64,000 bases of DNA from Catajapyx aquilonaris (taxonomy: Eukaryota): positions 1-64,000 of the forward strand of contig JYFJ02001408.1 of assembly GCA_000934665.2 (NCBI GenBank), given 5' to 3'. This document shows, in pieces, positions 27,701 through 42,505 of this stretch. The notes under the pieces are model-generated. The model was not told the origin of the DNA, ran no database searches, and was given only the letters and a program-made list of their open reading frames with translations. The translations under genes and the position numbers were made by a program. Within the stretch, counting starts at the first letter, position 1, and every line of letters begins with the position of its first letter.

Positions 27701-28727
27701 CAACAATGATTTATAAACCCTCCCTCCCTCCCTCTTGGTCCCCAAAGTTTACAAAGCCATTGTGGACACATGAGAGGGGGAATAAGCCCTCTCTTGGAGA
27801 ATGCTTAACCGACACTGATAGCAGCTCATGTCAACTCCTCCCAGCCGAGCACTGTTCCCTTTTTACACATCTGCTGTATGTATCCAAGAGTGAGTGACTC
27901 CAACAAAAGGTGTGTAGCCGGTTGCAAAAAGGGGCCTGCCTTGAATGGTGGATGTGGCCCAGGTCACTTCATTCCGAGCCCCTTTCATGGAGCTGTTTTT
28001 GGGAAAGGCCTCGTCCCTGCCTAAAAGGGGAGGTCAAAAAGTGTCTCGCACCCTCCCCATAGGTTCAATAGGGGAGGCTCAATGAACCTTTTTGCCCTGC
28101 GGTGAGCTACAATGGTTGCCTGTCATCGCGCCCACCCAAGACTTCTTAATAGCCCTTGTTGTGAATAGAGCTAGAAGTGCTGGAGAGGGACCCTTGGGAC
28201 CAATATGGAAATTTGTTTGTCATTTACCTAAGCCACGGTCCGAAGCACACAGAATCATCCCACCTTCCCAAAAACATGATCACGCCGGACCCTCCCGAAA
28301 GCAACTCGATCTCCGCGTGTCCAATCGCAAATGAATCGTATCAAAGCGGATAAACCCGAGACACTTTGTCCATCCAAGCAGCCTAAGAGTATTCCCATTG
28401 CAAAAAAAAAGAGCTCTCCCTGATGGCCCAACCCTCTCTCTTGCTCCTTCCAAAAAATGTAGTAAAGTAACCCCACCTGCGCGGCCACACTGCGGCATCC
28501 TTTGTAATCAATCGGCATGTCCGCCTTCCATCCCTTCCATTGGAGGAGTCCCAGCAGCAGGCGTGTCCCATTTCTCTGCAGCCACCAATCCGAGTCCCTG
28601 TTTGACCCCGCCTCGCTTCGAAAAGGTGTCCACCCCGTTGACTTTCTAGCAGTCTATCAGCAGGGTTGTGGACACCGGTACATCCGGGATGGACCATCCA
28701 ATACCGGTGTAGTGACCGCGTGTCGTC

Positions 28728-28733
28728 TCAGTC
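28728..28733 (+). promoter_or_regulatory. Candidate initiator (TCAGTC) for Lbx
   Basis: Matches the arthropod Inr consensus TCAKTY about 47 nt upstream of the first ATG. CCAAT motifs lie upstream (about 28321, 28585 and 28698). There is no clear TATA box and the DPE match is imperfect. A 6-mer can occur by chance. Confidence 0.25.
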
Positions 28734-28776
28734 GCGTCCCGAAATTATGGGCAGGTAGTTTGACATCGGGTTCCTG

Positions 28777-29437
28777 ATGTGTACCGTGATGGAAGTGGAA
28801 TCGGGCCCGCAGGTGGAGGCCGGACAAACTAGTGAGCGGGGCAGTTCTCCGTCGGTGACAGAGGACAATGGACCTGGTAGGCCGACGCCGGTTAGCAGTC
28901 CGAGTCCAAGCTGCTGCAGCGACATTAGCGTCGGATGCTCCACGCCCAGGTCCAAGACGCCGGCGACGCCCGCCACTCCGATGACCCCGGACTCTCAGGT
29001 GACGGTGCAGCAGACCACGACCGACTCTGAACACACGTCGGATGAGGAGTACTTCAGGCCTCTCAAGCGGCTTAAGATGCTGAAGATCAAGCCCGGTTCG
29101 GCGTCTCCGCCGTCGGTGGGCGAACCCGTTACCGAGCGGCATCGCTCCAAACTCGGGCTCAAATCCTTCTCGATCCTGGACATCCTAACGCACCGGCCGG
29201 CTAGGAAGGCGACGGAACAGGTACCGGCCGGGAAGATAGTCCGGCCGTGGGACCTAGACGAGGACAGGACCAGACGACGAGAACATCGAAGCGCGTCGTC
29301 GACGTCCACGGCTTCGGCAGCGTCGTCGTCCGGACCTGAACGAAGCGGTCAAGGCGGACAAGGCACGTCGCCACTGGACGCCCTTTTCCAGATGACCAAC
29401 AAGACCTTCGAAGGCCTGAACGGTGCCGAAGGAACCG
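28777..29437 (+). CDS. Lbx: ladybird/Lbx homeobox transcription factor, coding exon 1 (220 codons + 1 nt)
   Basis: GC-rich ORF containing eh1 FSILDIL (29167-29187), IVRPWD (29236-29253) and the Lbx-family motif SPLDALFQMTNKTF (29368-29409). It ends at the donor ACCG|GTAAGC (GT 29438-29439, phase 1), in frame with the homeobox exon. The true start could instead be the ATG at 28789. Confidence 0.93.
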
Positions 29438-32400
29438 GTAAGCGCACATCATGTCACACTCGATGATGTCTACTTTTCAACAAATTGAGCAATACAACCC
29501 CGCCGGAGTCATCCTGCTGTGTTGGCCCACCCGGGTTTAGGCTTTTGCAAAATTAATTCGCGTTGTTGGCTCCGGGTAAGGAAAGACATCACGCACGATG
29601 CATGCCGCCCACCCGCGGAGTCTGTTTGTTGCCCTTAGAAATAAAACAGTGACCATACGCCGTGACTACTGGGGGGTCGCCCCCAAATAACTAGTCAAAT
29701 TGCACCGGACCTCTTCAATTATGCATCGAGTGGCGGAATACTGAGCGTGCACTAAGTAGCCATTAACATGGGAAGCGAACTATACCAGACCTGTCATTTG
29801 CATGTCGTGAATCTTGCTATTAAACGGGAGCCCACGGATATGTTTAAAAATATATATGTATAGCCTACTATGTAACGTGTGATAACAATCTGGCGGGCTC
29901 AATACTGCTCACAGATTTTTTGGCAAATAATTGATTCCTGAAAAAACGACAGGCCTGAAAGAAATAATGGGCTGTCCTCGACATGAATTATTCGCATGCA
30001 CGTGCGCGGGTTTAAAAAAAACTTTTGGCAATATTGAATCTTAATTGCTGTATTACCCAGTTATTTTTTCCGGATATAAAGCCATTATGAAAAAAAACCC
30101 CTTTCCAAATAACAGTCCTGCTCACCACTTATTTTGACCTGCCCTGCTTGTATGTACAATTCCAACAATAATAGATTTTTATCGACGCCAGCAGCAATGA
30201 CACACACTAAGACGGATAAAGCAGAAAATGAAATGTTAATATTCGTATTACTGACATCATTAGGCTTTCAGTTATTCAGCAGGCCACAGCAATTTGCGTT
30301 CACATCACTATAATGCGAGATAATCGCGACAGCAAGGCAAATATTACGGTCAGAAATCATGATATGCAGTAGGAATAAAGTGGTTCTGGGAGTGATAGCT
30401 CGAATTTTCTCGTTGGAAAACAATTTTCAAATACAAGCTGAGACCACAATCATACGTATATACACAGCATATACGAGGCCTCCCCCAAATGGAAAGAAAT
30501 CACTTTGGCTGTCCTGCGGTTAGAAAGTCAGAAAATAACTGGACGAATAAAATGAAAGTGACAGGGGCTCATGGATATGAAAGCAGAATTCCACAGCAAT
30601 TGCATTTATACCATCAGGAGCATTACCACACGTGCTTTGCAATACCCTGTATTCAAAAGTGTTCCGAGCTTTCTGTATACATTTGCCTAGAATAATATTA
30701 TGCGAGAGAAAAGCATCGACTAACCCCTTGAAATAAACACGAAAAGTCACATAACCGTTACAGAAAAATTATACCACTATTTTAGAATGATGCTTTGAAA
30801 TTTATTTTAGGAAATTAATTTATTTCATTTAAAAGTATACGTTGGATTTGCACAAACATGAAAACCACTGTGCAGGCCTATGATTTTTAGGCTAATCATA
30901 TATGAGTTACAACCAGGCCTGTAATATTATTAAAATGTGCAGATATACTACTAATAAAATTAATTTAGCAGCTGCACGACTTGCATTAATTTGTTCATAC
31001 TATTTACTCCGTTTTCCCGGATCTTTCTGGCTCATTTTGACAGGAATGTGCATAGCCGGGTGAGGTGTGAAAAATCGCCCTTTCTTTGTGGCACATTTTA
31101 GAGCACTTTCAAAGGCGCTAATAATAACAACAAGAATGTTGACTTTCCCACCTAAAAACCACGTGGTTTTTCCACCGTTGCTGCTCAGCAAAAGGGGGGG
31201 GGGGTGAAAATTTTCGGCCGGTTCCTTATGCCGGCTTGGGTCCGGGGTCAGCCAGAGGGGGTCAATTGTGGCCCCTCTGGAGTTGCCGGTAATGAAAGAA
31301 TTGACCCCTCATTTACAACCTCTTTTCCCAAAGGCACGCTCTAATCGAGACGATGCCGACGAGAAAAATATTCCAACCGTCGCTCGTTGGCTTCTGGTAT
31401 ATGGAGAGAAAAAGTTGGGTGGAAAGGCGAGGGAAGAGGGGGGGGGATTCAAGTTTTGATGCCAGAAGGCGACAAACTTTGCCAAAAAATTGAGGGGTTG
31501 AAATACAATCGTGGTTGGGTTGCAACATATTTCTCAGGCTGGAGGTCTCATGCACATTAATTTTCTCTCGAATTTTATAGACACACAAAAAAATGTGAGC
31601 ATGAATTGACATCCTTCACCAGCACCTGTTCTTTTTGCCTTTTGTTCTGCACACTGGGCAATGAGTTCGTTTTATTGAGTAATTAAGGGTTGAAGTTTAC
31701 TGTCGGACCAGATGCCGCAAGAGTCCCTGAAAGGACTCAAGGATTTTCTCATTACTGGAGGATGCAGTATGCAGTATTTATTATCGGGGTGCGAATAACG
31801 TCTTTGCCTGTATAACCATGTAATACAGCACACCTTATATACGTACAGAGTACGTGAGGTTAAAATTCATGCCGAATAGCCTTTACTGCACAGCGTAATA
31901 ATTTTGGATCAAGAGATTTACTGGCTATTACATCCTTACTTCTCTAAAAATATGGCGTAATTATTTGGCTTAATTTGGTTTCTCATTTTCTGAGCTTGAA
32001 CTTCTGAATGAAGAATATTTCTCTCGACTGACCGAATTTTTTCATCTATTTGAGTAAAAGATTTACTCAGGTCCATTGAAAAATACTAACGTTATAATAA
32101 GTGAGTTATTGCGACATTTGAATGAGACTTTAATTCAAGATTATTGGGTGCCACTTTGAGATGTGAAAGAGTGTAATAGCCTACAAAGACAACAATATTT
32201 TGAACATCGTAAACGCCTGTTATTTTATCAATTCTTATACAGCTCATCCTATGTTTTTCTTTGATGTCATATTTGTCAAATTTAAAAATATGATTTTCAA
32301 TAAAAATTGACCTTTTCACATTCTTGTACCTGACTGGTAATGTGGCTACCAATTGAATAACACGTGACAGTGTGGGGTCAAAATGTGCACATCCCAAAAA

Positions 32401-35400
32401 ATCCGGAAGCAGTAATAGGCGTACTCCAACGTTACGGTCAGCTGTATATAGGCCTGCAATTGTGCCTTATTTACACAGAAGCTCTAAAATGTTCACCCAC
32501 ACGAAAACTCGAACCGGAACCGCCAGAAAATTGCTAGAAAATTTCCAAAATGAGTCCCGGACTAATTTTTACGACTCTTATTACCCGACACATGCTGTCA
32601 TGTCCGTAATTATTCCTTTCACACTATAATCTCACGGTCCAAAAAAGTGTGTATATTCTTTCTCTCCTCTTTTTTGCACTTTTTTTTTTAAAGTTCCGCC
32701 AATGTGCAATAAAAATGACGCAAACTCAGCTGGGTGTCACTGCGTTATTATACACCTCCTGTTCTTATTAGTAAATTGCAAGTAAGAAAAAATTAGTCAT
32801 GAAGGAGCTAGTTTGGAGGCCTGATTACCATTCAAGCTAAACCCTCGCCTTCGCCAATTATATTACTATGCAATCGGCGGCACAACATAGAGACTCTAAA
32901 CTGACCCGCCAATTAACAGACGCGTCAAAACCTGTCGTGACAGGGAGAGGCCATGTTGCTGGAGCCCAGGCCAAGGTATAAAAATTTTTGTGCAAGTCAT
33001 TTGCCTTTTAGCTCGTTGGAGAACCCGACATCAACTTATCAGATTCGGAGGAGATATGCGAGAATATTCGATTCATTGGTCCGAATTGACTCGTCATCTA
33101 GCTAATTAGGCTGCCCCCGTTTCTAGTCCCCCCGTGATTGACAAATCAGGTCTCGACAATATGCGATCAATGCTTGATAATTTCGGCATCTATTTGCAAC
33201 CGGATGGCTCAGGTCACTGACTCTGAACAATAATTAGGCGCCTGTAAGACCGAATCGCAACAAAGTGACATGGTGGAGTTGCTTTGTGCAGGGTTGGAAC
33301 TCGGCCTAAGTTGGCACCTCCAACTGTTAGCGTGGGGGAAAAAGAGTTGATGGATTACTTAGTCCAGTCGTACATGTGCACCACCATTGTTAGCTCCAGA
33401 CATGCTGCTGGAGTAACAACTCACAATTTACCCCCGCCCAATTGCTAAGGCCTAAGGGCGTTAACTTAAGCAGAGTTATGTGCACGTAATGTATGTAATG
33501 TTGCCGAATGCCAACACCTTCTTATCCGTGCCGTAAATGGCGCTTGAATGACTCCAAAGTTACTCCTAACTTACAATATGAATAATAACACTGTTGACAT
33601 GCAGGACATGATGTGATGGTCAATGGTGTGATGATAAGCAATGGAATTTTTGCTGAAAAGAATAATATTGTGATACATTCTAAAATTTTGCTAGTGGTTT
33701 TCTCATCAATACATTAGGGATGAAAAGTGTTCAAACACAAAAATATTGTTCTAACATATTTTCTTTCACAAATGAATCGAGGTGAGTTAGAATATTTGGC
33801 TGCCACTTGGAATGGAAATTTTTATGGGGTTGAAAATGTTTTAAAACCGTACAAGGGAAACAATTTCCATGCAAACTGAGATTTTCTTTTCTTCTATATG
33901 TTATGATTGTGTCATCCAAATAATGTGATATGCCTTCATTATGAAACAAAGTGATCTAATTTAAAGCGGAATAATAACTTCTCATTCAGGATAATGCAAC
34001 AACACAAGTCACTGCAAAATTACAAAATGCCTAAATACACGTCATCATTCAGTAATGCAAGAAATTTCAGCCTTCTAAAATCAAGTGAAGAAGAATAATT
34101 ATGCGGTTATTGCAGTGTAACATTTAAATACGACTCATTGCACATTAATACGCTAGCTGTAACAGTAATAATGGGATTATATAGACTATACTGTCATATG
34201 TCATTCCATCACAATAATTCTCAAAATGTACAGCAAATAAATACAATAAAGTTCATGATTCTAAAATTTGAGCAAACCCAACAACATAATCAGTAATATG
34301 TTTACATACATATTAGCTATAATGTATAGTGTATATATGCTTCCAACATTAATGTGCATTATTGTTGTGTTGAGCTCGTTTGACACGTTTGAATTTTAAA
34401 AAGCTGTCATCAGCTGTGATAATCACAAGTTACAATAGGTGTCACGCTAAAACTTGAGGTAATAATCATTGTTCAATTTTAAGTGCCCATAAAAGTAATA
34501 ATAAAGTATTTCTAATAATAAGCTACGGACAAATTTCACTGTCAGTCTCAAGTTGCAACACTAATATCAATGTATTTTACACACAACTGAACAGGAAAGT
34601 ATTGCGGTGAAATTAAATTAATACATAATGTGTTCATAATGATTCAATTTGGTCTTGTGATTAGGACACAGCCTAATGCACTCTAAAAAGTTGGCATATG
34701 CATAATTTACTCGTTTGTGTCATACTTTGTGTTACATTGTATACAGGTATAAAGCATTTACATTTCGTCCGGAACTGTAATTACAATTTACGAATTAATC
34801 TAAAGGCATAAAATGCACAATGATTGATTACCATTTTGAAAGTTTATAATATTTAAAAGAATTCTCTCGCAGTCATTTTCTAACACTTTCCCGATATTAT
34901 GCTGATGATGACTGATGTAAAGACGCCCATATAATCGTTTATGGGGCCTTAGGCCTGCAAAACATATAACACTTGAGCCAGTACAAGCGACTTTTCTGCA
35001 ATTTAAATGAATTCAATAAACTAACCGTGATTTGTAGTTATGTCCAAATCAGAAAACACAATATTTACGATTTTGTTCTACTGAAAATCCTGTCACCAAT
35101 AAGTATTTACTAAGTATATAGACGGAGACGGCCGACTTGTCATTCAATGGATCTCACTCATTTATAATATTTATGATGTAAATATTAATTGTGAATTTTT
35201 AATAGCAGAAATTATTGCTAACTATACAGTATAGGCTACCATATGTCAACTTATGCCATGCTTATGTGTATAGACATTTCCCTGCATGGCTCAACAGACT
35301 TGCACATTACATCATCGCATCGGCATGCGGTTACGATCCATTTAGTAGCCAGAAATTTTTCTTCCCATTAAGTCTGCTAATTATAGCCTCGATGATCAAA

Positions 35401-38400
35401 CTATAGCGGCATCCATCAGATTCCTTTTAGGCGCCTAACACACATCTACGGGTCCTTCAGTATCGTGTCAAAAATACACCATGCTGATCCCTGCACACCC
35501 CCAGACTTATAAGGTGTTGTCACCATATTCAATTTCACTGCATGCAACTGGAACCATCTTGGATCGATGCATTCGACTGCACATGCTGTGACGCCCAACG
35601 GTTCAAAATGGCCCCACAGCAGTTTCATTCGGAACTGTGCGGTGCGAAAATGTGATTGAAATGTGCTCGAATGTGAACGTGTATACACATGCGTCCCCAC
35701 ATGTCCCAAAAATAACCGGGCGCAAAAATGGGGTAGGTCAGATCTGAATCGCGAGTCAGGCAGAGAAGGAGGCAGCAGCACACAGGAAGCGAGTGAGCGA
35801 ACCAGACCAGTCCAACGATAAGCCCCCGCAAACACACACAACCCGAAGGATATCATTTTTCCGCGCCTTCCAAAATCATGTCCAGAACCACGGAACCACA
35901 TCTGCTCTTCTTGCTGGCTTGGTTTCCTCTATCATGCAGGGAAAGGATGGTAAGGGGGGGGGGAGGCAAAAACCACTTGGTTCCGATTAACTCGAAAATA
36001 CATGGGGTTGAAAAAAAGGAGGACAAGAAAATGTCATTTTTAAAGTCCGTGGCGTGGGCCACGGGGCTCTAACGTTACTGGACACAAAATACTGTAATTT
36101 CCCAGTTTTGATTCCATGCATTACGGATTGTCGGTGGGTTAAGAGTTAAAGGGCCCGGAACATCTTAAATGAAAATGTTTCCAGTTTTTTTTTAACTCAA
36201 ATTGGGATGGTTTAAAAATGGGATTGAGCAGGTGTGAATAGAGTTACAGAGGAGAAACAATGGCTTCTCTTATTCTAAGCGGTGAATGTGTTGCTGGAGA
36301 AATAAAATTGACTGCTTGGGCTGGAAATAGTCTGGAAATGAGTACAAATGTGTATGTCGAGTAGATAAGTGTGTGAGATAGTCTAGACATTATTTTCAAT
36401 CAAGGATTTGCGATTGCCTGGAGAGTCCCTGATCGACACTTCCAATTCAATTTGGGCGTCCACTTGGAGAAAGCAAAGGCCGGGCTTCCAAGCAACTGCG
36501 GCCGCAGACCACTTTAGCCAAGAAGATCCGAATTCCCGTCTCAAATGAGATTGTTAGTTTCCGAGTAGGAGGAGGCGGAGAACAGAGAGAGAGAGAAAAA
36601 AAGCTCTTTATATGACTTAGCCACTTCCTTCTTTTTCGGTTCTCCCTGGAATTTTGTCCCATTAGTTGGTAACGAAGAAAAATTAAAATGAGCTTCTCTC
36701 TCCACGGTTTCGTCCTGTTCCAATTGTGTTGGGAGACACTTTTTTAAAACCTTCTGTCACACGGTGTTGTTTAGTGTGGGGGGTGACACAGGAGACGAAT
36801 CCTGTACAGGGTGGAGCTGGTGGGGGGGTTAAACTCACCAGGGAAACACAATAAATCTGTCTTCGTTCCTCGACAGTTGTAGAGCCCCTGGAAATGGGAA
36901 ACCCGGGAAATTTGGACACTCTGGATCAGGCAGTCAGTTGTAGGTGACCACAGAGGTCCACGGGAAGCAAACAGTTCTGCTGCGGAAGGATACATCGCGC
37001 CAGGTTGCGAAGTTGCCCAAATTGTTGCCAAATTGTGATGACCGAACAACCAACAATTGAAACTAATTAATGTAGCTCGGATTTCAGCTGTATTTTATAC
37101 TTGGTTGATGGGAGGAACAATATTCAGCTTTTCCCGACACAATCCTTCTGTTATGGACAGTGGACAACAATGTAATAAGTGGACATAATAGCTCAGTTGA
37201 AAATAGAGCTTGCTGGGTTGAGGAAATTTTGGACGGAGGCAACGAGAATAGCAGTGATGAGTACACAAGCTTGTATAGTGCTGATGTAAGTCTGTGTAAT
37301 TAAAATTTCTGAGCGAGCGTAATTTCGCGTGCAAATAACTTCTTAAAATATGTGCCACGACTAATTGCTTCTCTGCAATTACGCCAATAACGGATTAAAA
37401 ATAGCTATAGTATCACTAATAACTTAAGGCGTAAACACATGGGTGGCTCATGACATAATAAAAGAAGCAAGAAATGTGACTATGTCAGATCGGATACTAG
37501 ATTAGTAGAGGTTATAACTGCAATTAGTGTGACAATTTCAGATCTGCCCTTTGAAAGCATTATTTAACAAAGGAAAACCGCGGATGCACACAGTAAATCA
37601 CATTATGTATAGCCTATATATAACATGTACTCGCTTCATGTTGGATAGCAAGTTAAAAAAATAGTGGAATTATGATTACATCTCGCTACATTATTCATGC
37701 ATAATTAATTTTATTGCCACCTTTTCTAATTTGATATTTTAGTGGGATTGTTAATGTTATTGTTCTGAGCAAGTACGTGTAACATGGTGGGCTTCTACAT
37801 GTGCTCTCAAACTGACAGCATTTCCGCTCCTGCAATTGTTTCTCTCTCGCATAAAATAATGAGTGCATGTGAGCCAACTCGTGCATATTATATACCAGCA
37901 CATGTTATATTCAGGATGGCAAAAACTGGCCTCGTTCATTTCGCCAAAAGTGAAGAAACGCCCCAAAACATGTGTGCAATTGATAAAAGAATGTATACCA
38001 TTTTGAGCTTGGAAATATTCGTGCCAATTGTTTTTTTTTCTAATTTTTGTATTGTGTTATGCGCATGGAATCGGCGCACCATTCTCATATCACAAAGCAA
38101 ATTGGAGGCTAATGGGAATCGACCATAGGTTCCAAAAATTTATAAAGCATAAACAGCCCCGGCATAAAGCAGAAGCCAAGAGCCGGTCCGATCGTGCAGG
38201 AAAACGGTAAATATTAGTATGCACACCACGGAAATGATCATGATAATTACCATAAAGCGTGGGCCACTAAAAAAGAAGCCGACAGGATGTAGATGACGTG
38301 CCTTTTCTCATAAAACTGCGAGCTGCCAACTCTTTTCCAACACATCTATAGCCTAACCAAAAAATTGTTTTCTCCAGCAACACCGTCAACTTATATATAT

Positions 38401-41400
38401 TTTTTTCCATCTATATGTTCGAACAGGGGAAATGCAAAAAAAAGTGCTGCTCTTCTGGGAAATGGTCACTCGAGTTATCAACAGAATGACCGTCATTCTC
38501 CGCATTAATATCAGATTGTTATGGCGTGACGAATGACTACAATGCTACTGGGAGACAAAAACATTGGTGGGGGCAATATTTTTTTTTAAACATCAATCTT
38601 CGGCCGCCATATTTAATCCTCCCTTATATTTTTTGATTGTTGAGAGACGTGAAGGGAAAGATACGGGGCGTCGTATTTTGATGTGACACATCCAAACTGT
38701 CCCGGGCTAAGCGAATCACGTTTAACGCCATTCAAGTGTTACCCTATGAGTTATAACCTGCCTGTATACACACAACAAACCTGTCTATTGAACAGATCCC
38801 TTTTTACACACCTTACTCCGCCCAAAACGATGGCAGCTCAAATGTGAATTTTTGTCAGGTGACACCCGATAGGCGAATTTATTGGCTTCTTGCTAATAGA
38901 CTTGTCTATTGTCAACACCTGCCATTTTTCTCTTTTCTCCCCTCTTGTGCTGAGGTGACACTTGAAAAATTGCTCTTATATCAACCCGATATCGACACAC
39001 ATCTGCACAAAATGATGCTTCTGTGAGCCCACACACGGGACTAATGAAATAAATAGGTAAATAAGTCGGCGCCTGGAGAATAGAAATCCACACCTATTTA
39101 AGACCAGACATGCACAGCGTACACACATTGCGTGCTCGTTGCGTGCAGGGATCTATGTGATTATGGCTAAAAAAGTCCGCCCCTCAAACCATTTTTTTGT
39201 TTCCGCTAGATTGCCAACTCCCTTTGTCACGTATTATAATAAGGGCCGCACACATCGTTTCAAAAAATATGGAGGAGAAAAAAAAGTACACAAAATACAT
39301 CTCCATTATCAGCTGCTCAAATTAACGACGAGGCGTGGAAAGTGAAAAATGAACAAGCCCAATCAGTCCATATTTTTTTTGTTGCAAACTATACTTTCTA
39401 CATGCTATTTGCAGACAAAAGGGGAGAAAAACCGCTAGACCGGAAAATGGCAAAAATTATTCCTCAAAAACCTGCCGATAAACTGGTGCAAACTGCAGAC
39501 TGCTAACCACAAAATGGCGCCGAATGATAATTGTAGTATGTGCTGGTCACCTGCCAGAAGTCACATCAACAATCGGCGGGGTTTTAAAAAAGACAACAGG
39601 TTGGCTTCAAAAAACCCCAAAAACTGTGCAAAAACTCGGTTCGTGGGTGATGGCCAGTCACGCCACACTCCGACAAAGAAAGTTACAGAAAGTTCAAAAA
39701 AAAATCTGTGGCTAAAATGACGTTTGGTTTTTCAGTGGGGGGGGGGGGGGGGNGGGAGTTTCGTGATTTGGACCAATTCTCCCAATGTGCATGCACACTA
39801 CAGGGTGCCTCGTAACAGATGTCCACAGTTAGGACAATACACACGTGCCTGCCAAATTATACAGTGCGGCCACTGTCAAATTGCTGTCATTTTACAAGCA
39901 CAACTTATTTTTTTCTATCATGTGCACAATAAAGTCCAAAACTTTCACATTCCTATTCACCGGCTAATACGACCCATTGGAATGCGACGCATAAAAGCAT
40001 CAGGGACACGACTTACATATTCCTAGACGCAACAAAGGATATGTCATAACAACCGAATTGCAGGATGTAAAATATTTATTGTGGTGTCTATAATATGAGG
40101 GGGGGGGGAACTTTTTTCCCATTTCTTTTATACACCCGGGAGCAATATGTCCTTATCTCCACACATGCACACTCCCCACCCTGTTAATTAAATGCGGCTC
40201 TCAAATTCACTCCTATATTTTCCTTCAACCATTAACTGCAAGGTCCTTCACATGATGAATGAGTTACTCTCATTTGGGAGTTATCGCTAAAATTCATTTG
40301 ATCAAAGATTGAGGGGCAAGCTTGTGGTCTACTTGTGACGTATGTGTTTTTTTTAAAGGTATTGTAAAAAAGATGACCACGGCCTACTTAGCTTTGGAAT
40401 GGCGACCTTTAGTGGCAACATATAAGGCGATAATAATTCGTCAAATTAAAAACACCTAGATTTTTCAAAAAAGGCACATAACCAGCGTATAAGTGACTTT
40501 TACCGACCTTTCATGCGCCTAATGACCGGGTGCTTTATTCTGCCTACACATATAATTTTAAGTAGCAGGCAAATAATTACGCGCCTGGTTTACTCATGCA
40601 AATGAGGCTGCTTTGACCTCACATGAACTACTAATTATTACATATTTGATACGACCTGCTTTCCATACACAATCAAATTTCTGAAGCTGTTTTTTTGCAA
40701 ATATTTTCTCTAAAATTCCCAATCTGATTTCCAGTGACTGCTAAGTAGCAACAAATAGTTATTAATTTTGTGCTAAATTTTGATAGGCCTGGGAGCCTCT
40801 GTGGGATCACACGTTTCACATAAACGCATGGGACTCTGCTGTATTGCCTACAGCTCCGGGTCAGAAGTAATTCACACTCATCAGTTTAATAGTTTGTTGA
40901 CTGCTCAACAACACTTCCTGGCACTGGGATATTTTAGGCCCGCAAAGATTTTTTTCTGATCAACAAAAGTCATGAGGTCTTGCAAAAGTTACTCTAATTA
41001 TTTCAGATAGTTTTTAATTACACGCTAAATGATTTGTTGACGTAACAAAGGTTTTTGTATTGAAAGAGATATTGTCTGCTGAGTGAAACATTTATACTGA
41101 TGAGTAAGCCATAACATATTTTTGTCTAAAATTTGCAGAAACTTAGGTGAAATTATACTTTTGGACCACCGCTCATGCCGATGGACCACCATGAAGTTCA
41201 CCTCCAGTGATTTAAAATTTAAATCCATTTTTCACAGACCTGATAATTACTATATGAATAATAATTATTTCCATACTCAAACCTCACACCTTGCTAATCA
41301 CACGCACTCAAAAAAGGGGGGGTCTGGGCACACAACATGCCCTGAAAATATTCGTTCCCTTCCAGTTTAACAACCGCTGGTATAGCAACCCACATTATTA

Positions 41401-41921
41401 GCAATATATTAGCTAGCAGAGCATCCAGAGCGGAGATCTTTCCTGGCAGGTTTTCATGACATCATGGGACAGATTTACCCTGGCTCTGGGGATGATTACA
41501 CCCCCAAAAATCCCCCCCCCCTTTAAATTGTCCCTAACTTGATCCGCGGCATCAGTCTCAGCACCAATATTAGATCGAGCTCATTTCCGTTCAGCCAACC
41601 GAGAATCTAATCAACAATCGGCCGATTAATACCAATCTGAGTGACAAGAAGCGCAATCCTTGTTTGGGTTTGGGTTCCAGAGTGGGGTGGGTGGAAAGGG
41701 AGAGGAAGATAAAAAATTTGGTGGGCAAAGTGTTGGTGCAAAAAGAGAGAAGCGACGACGTCGATTTGCTTTTGCGGCGTCGGTCCCAATTTATTTGGGC
41801 GCGGGTTCATTTCGAGTTAGACGGCTGACGAACAGCCCTTCTGGGGGGCGTTTGAGGAATGGCTTTTGATCGATCATGGCCCATCAGCACAGCAAAAGCC
41901 CGTCGGAGGAGGATTGGGGGG

Positions 41922-41942
41922 GAGAGAGAGAGAGAGAGAGAG
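41922..41942. repeat. (GA)10 microsatellite
   Basis: GA dinucleotide run following a G tract. Confidence 0.9.
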
Positions 41943-42505
41943 CAGCAAGAGAGGGATATAAGGCAAAGGCTTGGCTGCTGTCCGATGCGCCTGAGTAATT
42001 GCCAGCTGATTGGTGCCGGAATGATGTTTCAAGCTGCTCCAGTTAAGAAATCAGTTGCGCTTTGAATAATATTGGGAAGGTTTCAACACTACTTCTTGGA
42101 TCCGATTAGTTTCGGACCACACGTGGTACCCTTTGAATTGCATGATGGCCCAAACAACATGGTCCGATGTCCAGCACATAATAAGGGCCCTATATACAGA
42201 ATAATAATTTCCCAAGTCAAAATTTGCACAGACTCGATATATTACAGAAAGGGCCAGGAAAACAATAAGTGGTAATTCCGACACTTTCTAATCATGTTCG
42301 GCTGTAACTTCCGCCTGTTATACCCTGCTAAATACAGTATACGCTATACTGTAAGTTATAGTAAGCATGGGTGAAAAATTGTAACGCTTTGATCCATGAA
42401 AAATTAAAAGTCACGCCTAACTGAAAGCGACATAAAAATGGGGTTTATAAGTAAAAATAATTTTTGTTTGCGGAGTTTATAATTCGCCTTTGAAACACAA
42501 ACATT

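Noticed and set aside
59..28650. Numerous 60-170 aa ORFs upstream of Lbx
   Set aside because: Many start at non-ATG codons, run through homopolymers or microsatellites, and show no domain or coding-like bias that I can recognise.
28657..29452. Several minus-strand ORFs (161, 82, 104 and 83 aa) over exon 1
   Set aside because: Shadow ORFs of a GC-rich exon.
29438..29466. ORF-track extension of exon 1 (…GKRTSCHTR*)
   Set aside because: It reads through the GTAAGC donor into the intron; the spliced form restores the Lbx protein.
41081..41115. GAAA...CTGATGA resembling a hammerhead ribozyme core
   Set aside because: The spacing is too short and the required stems cannot form.
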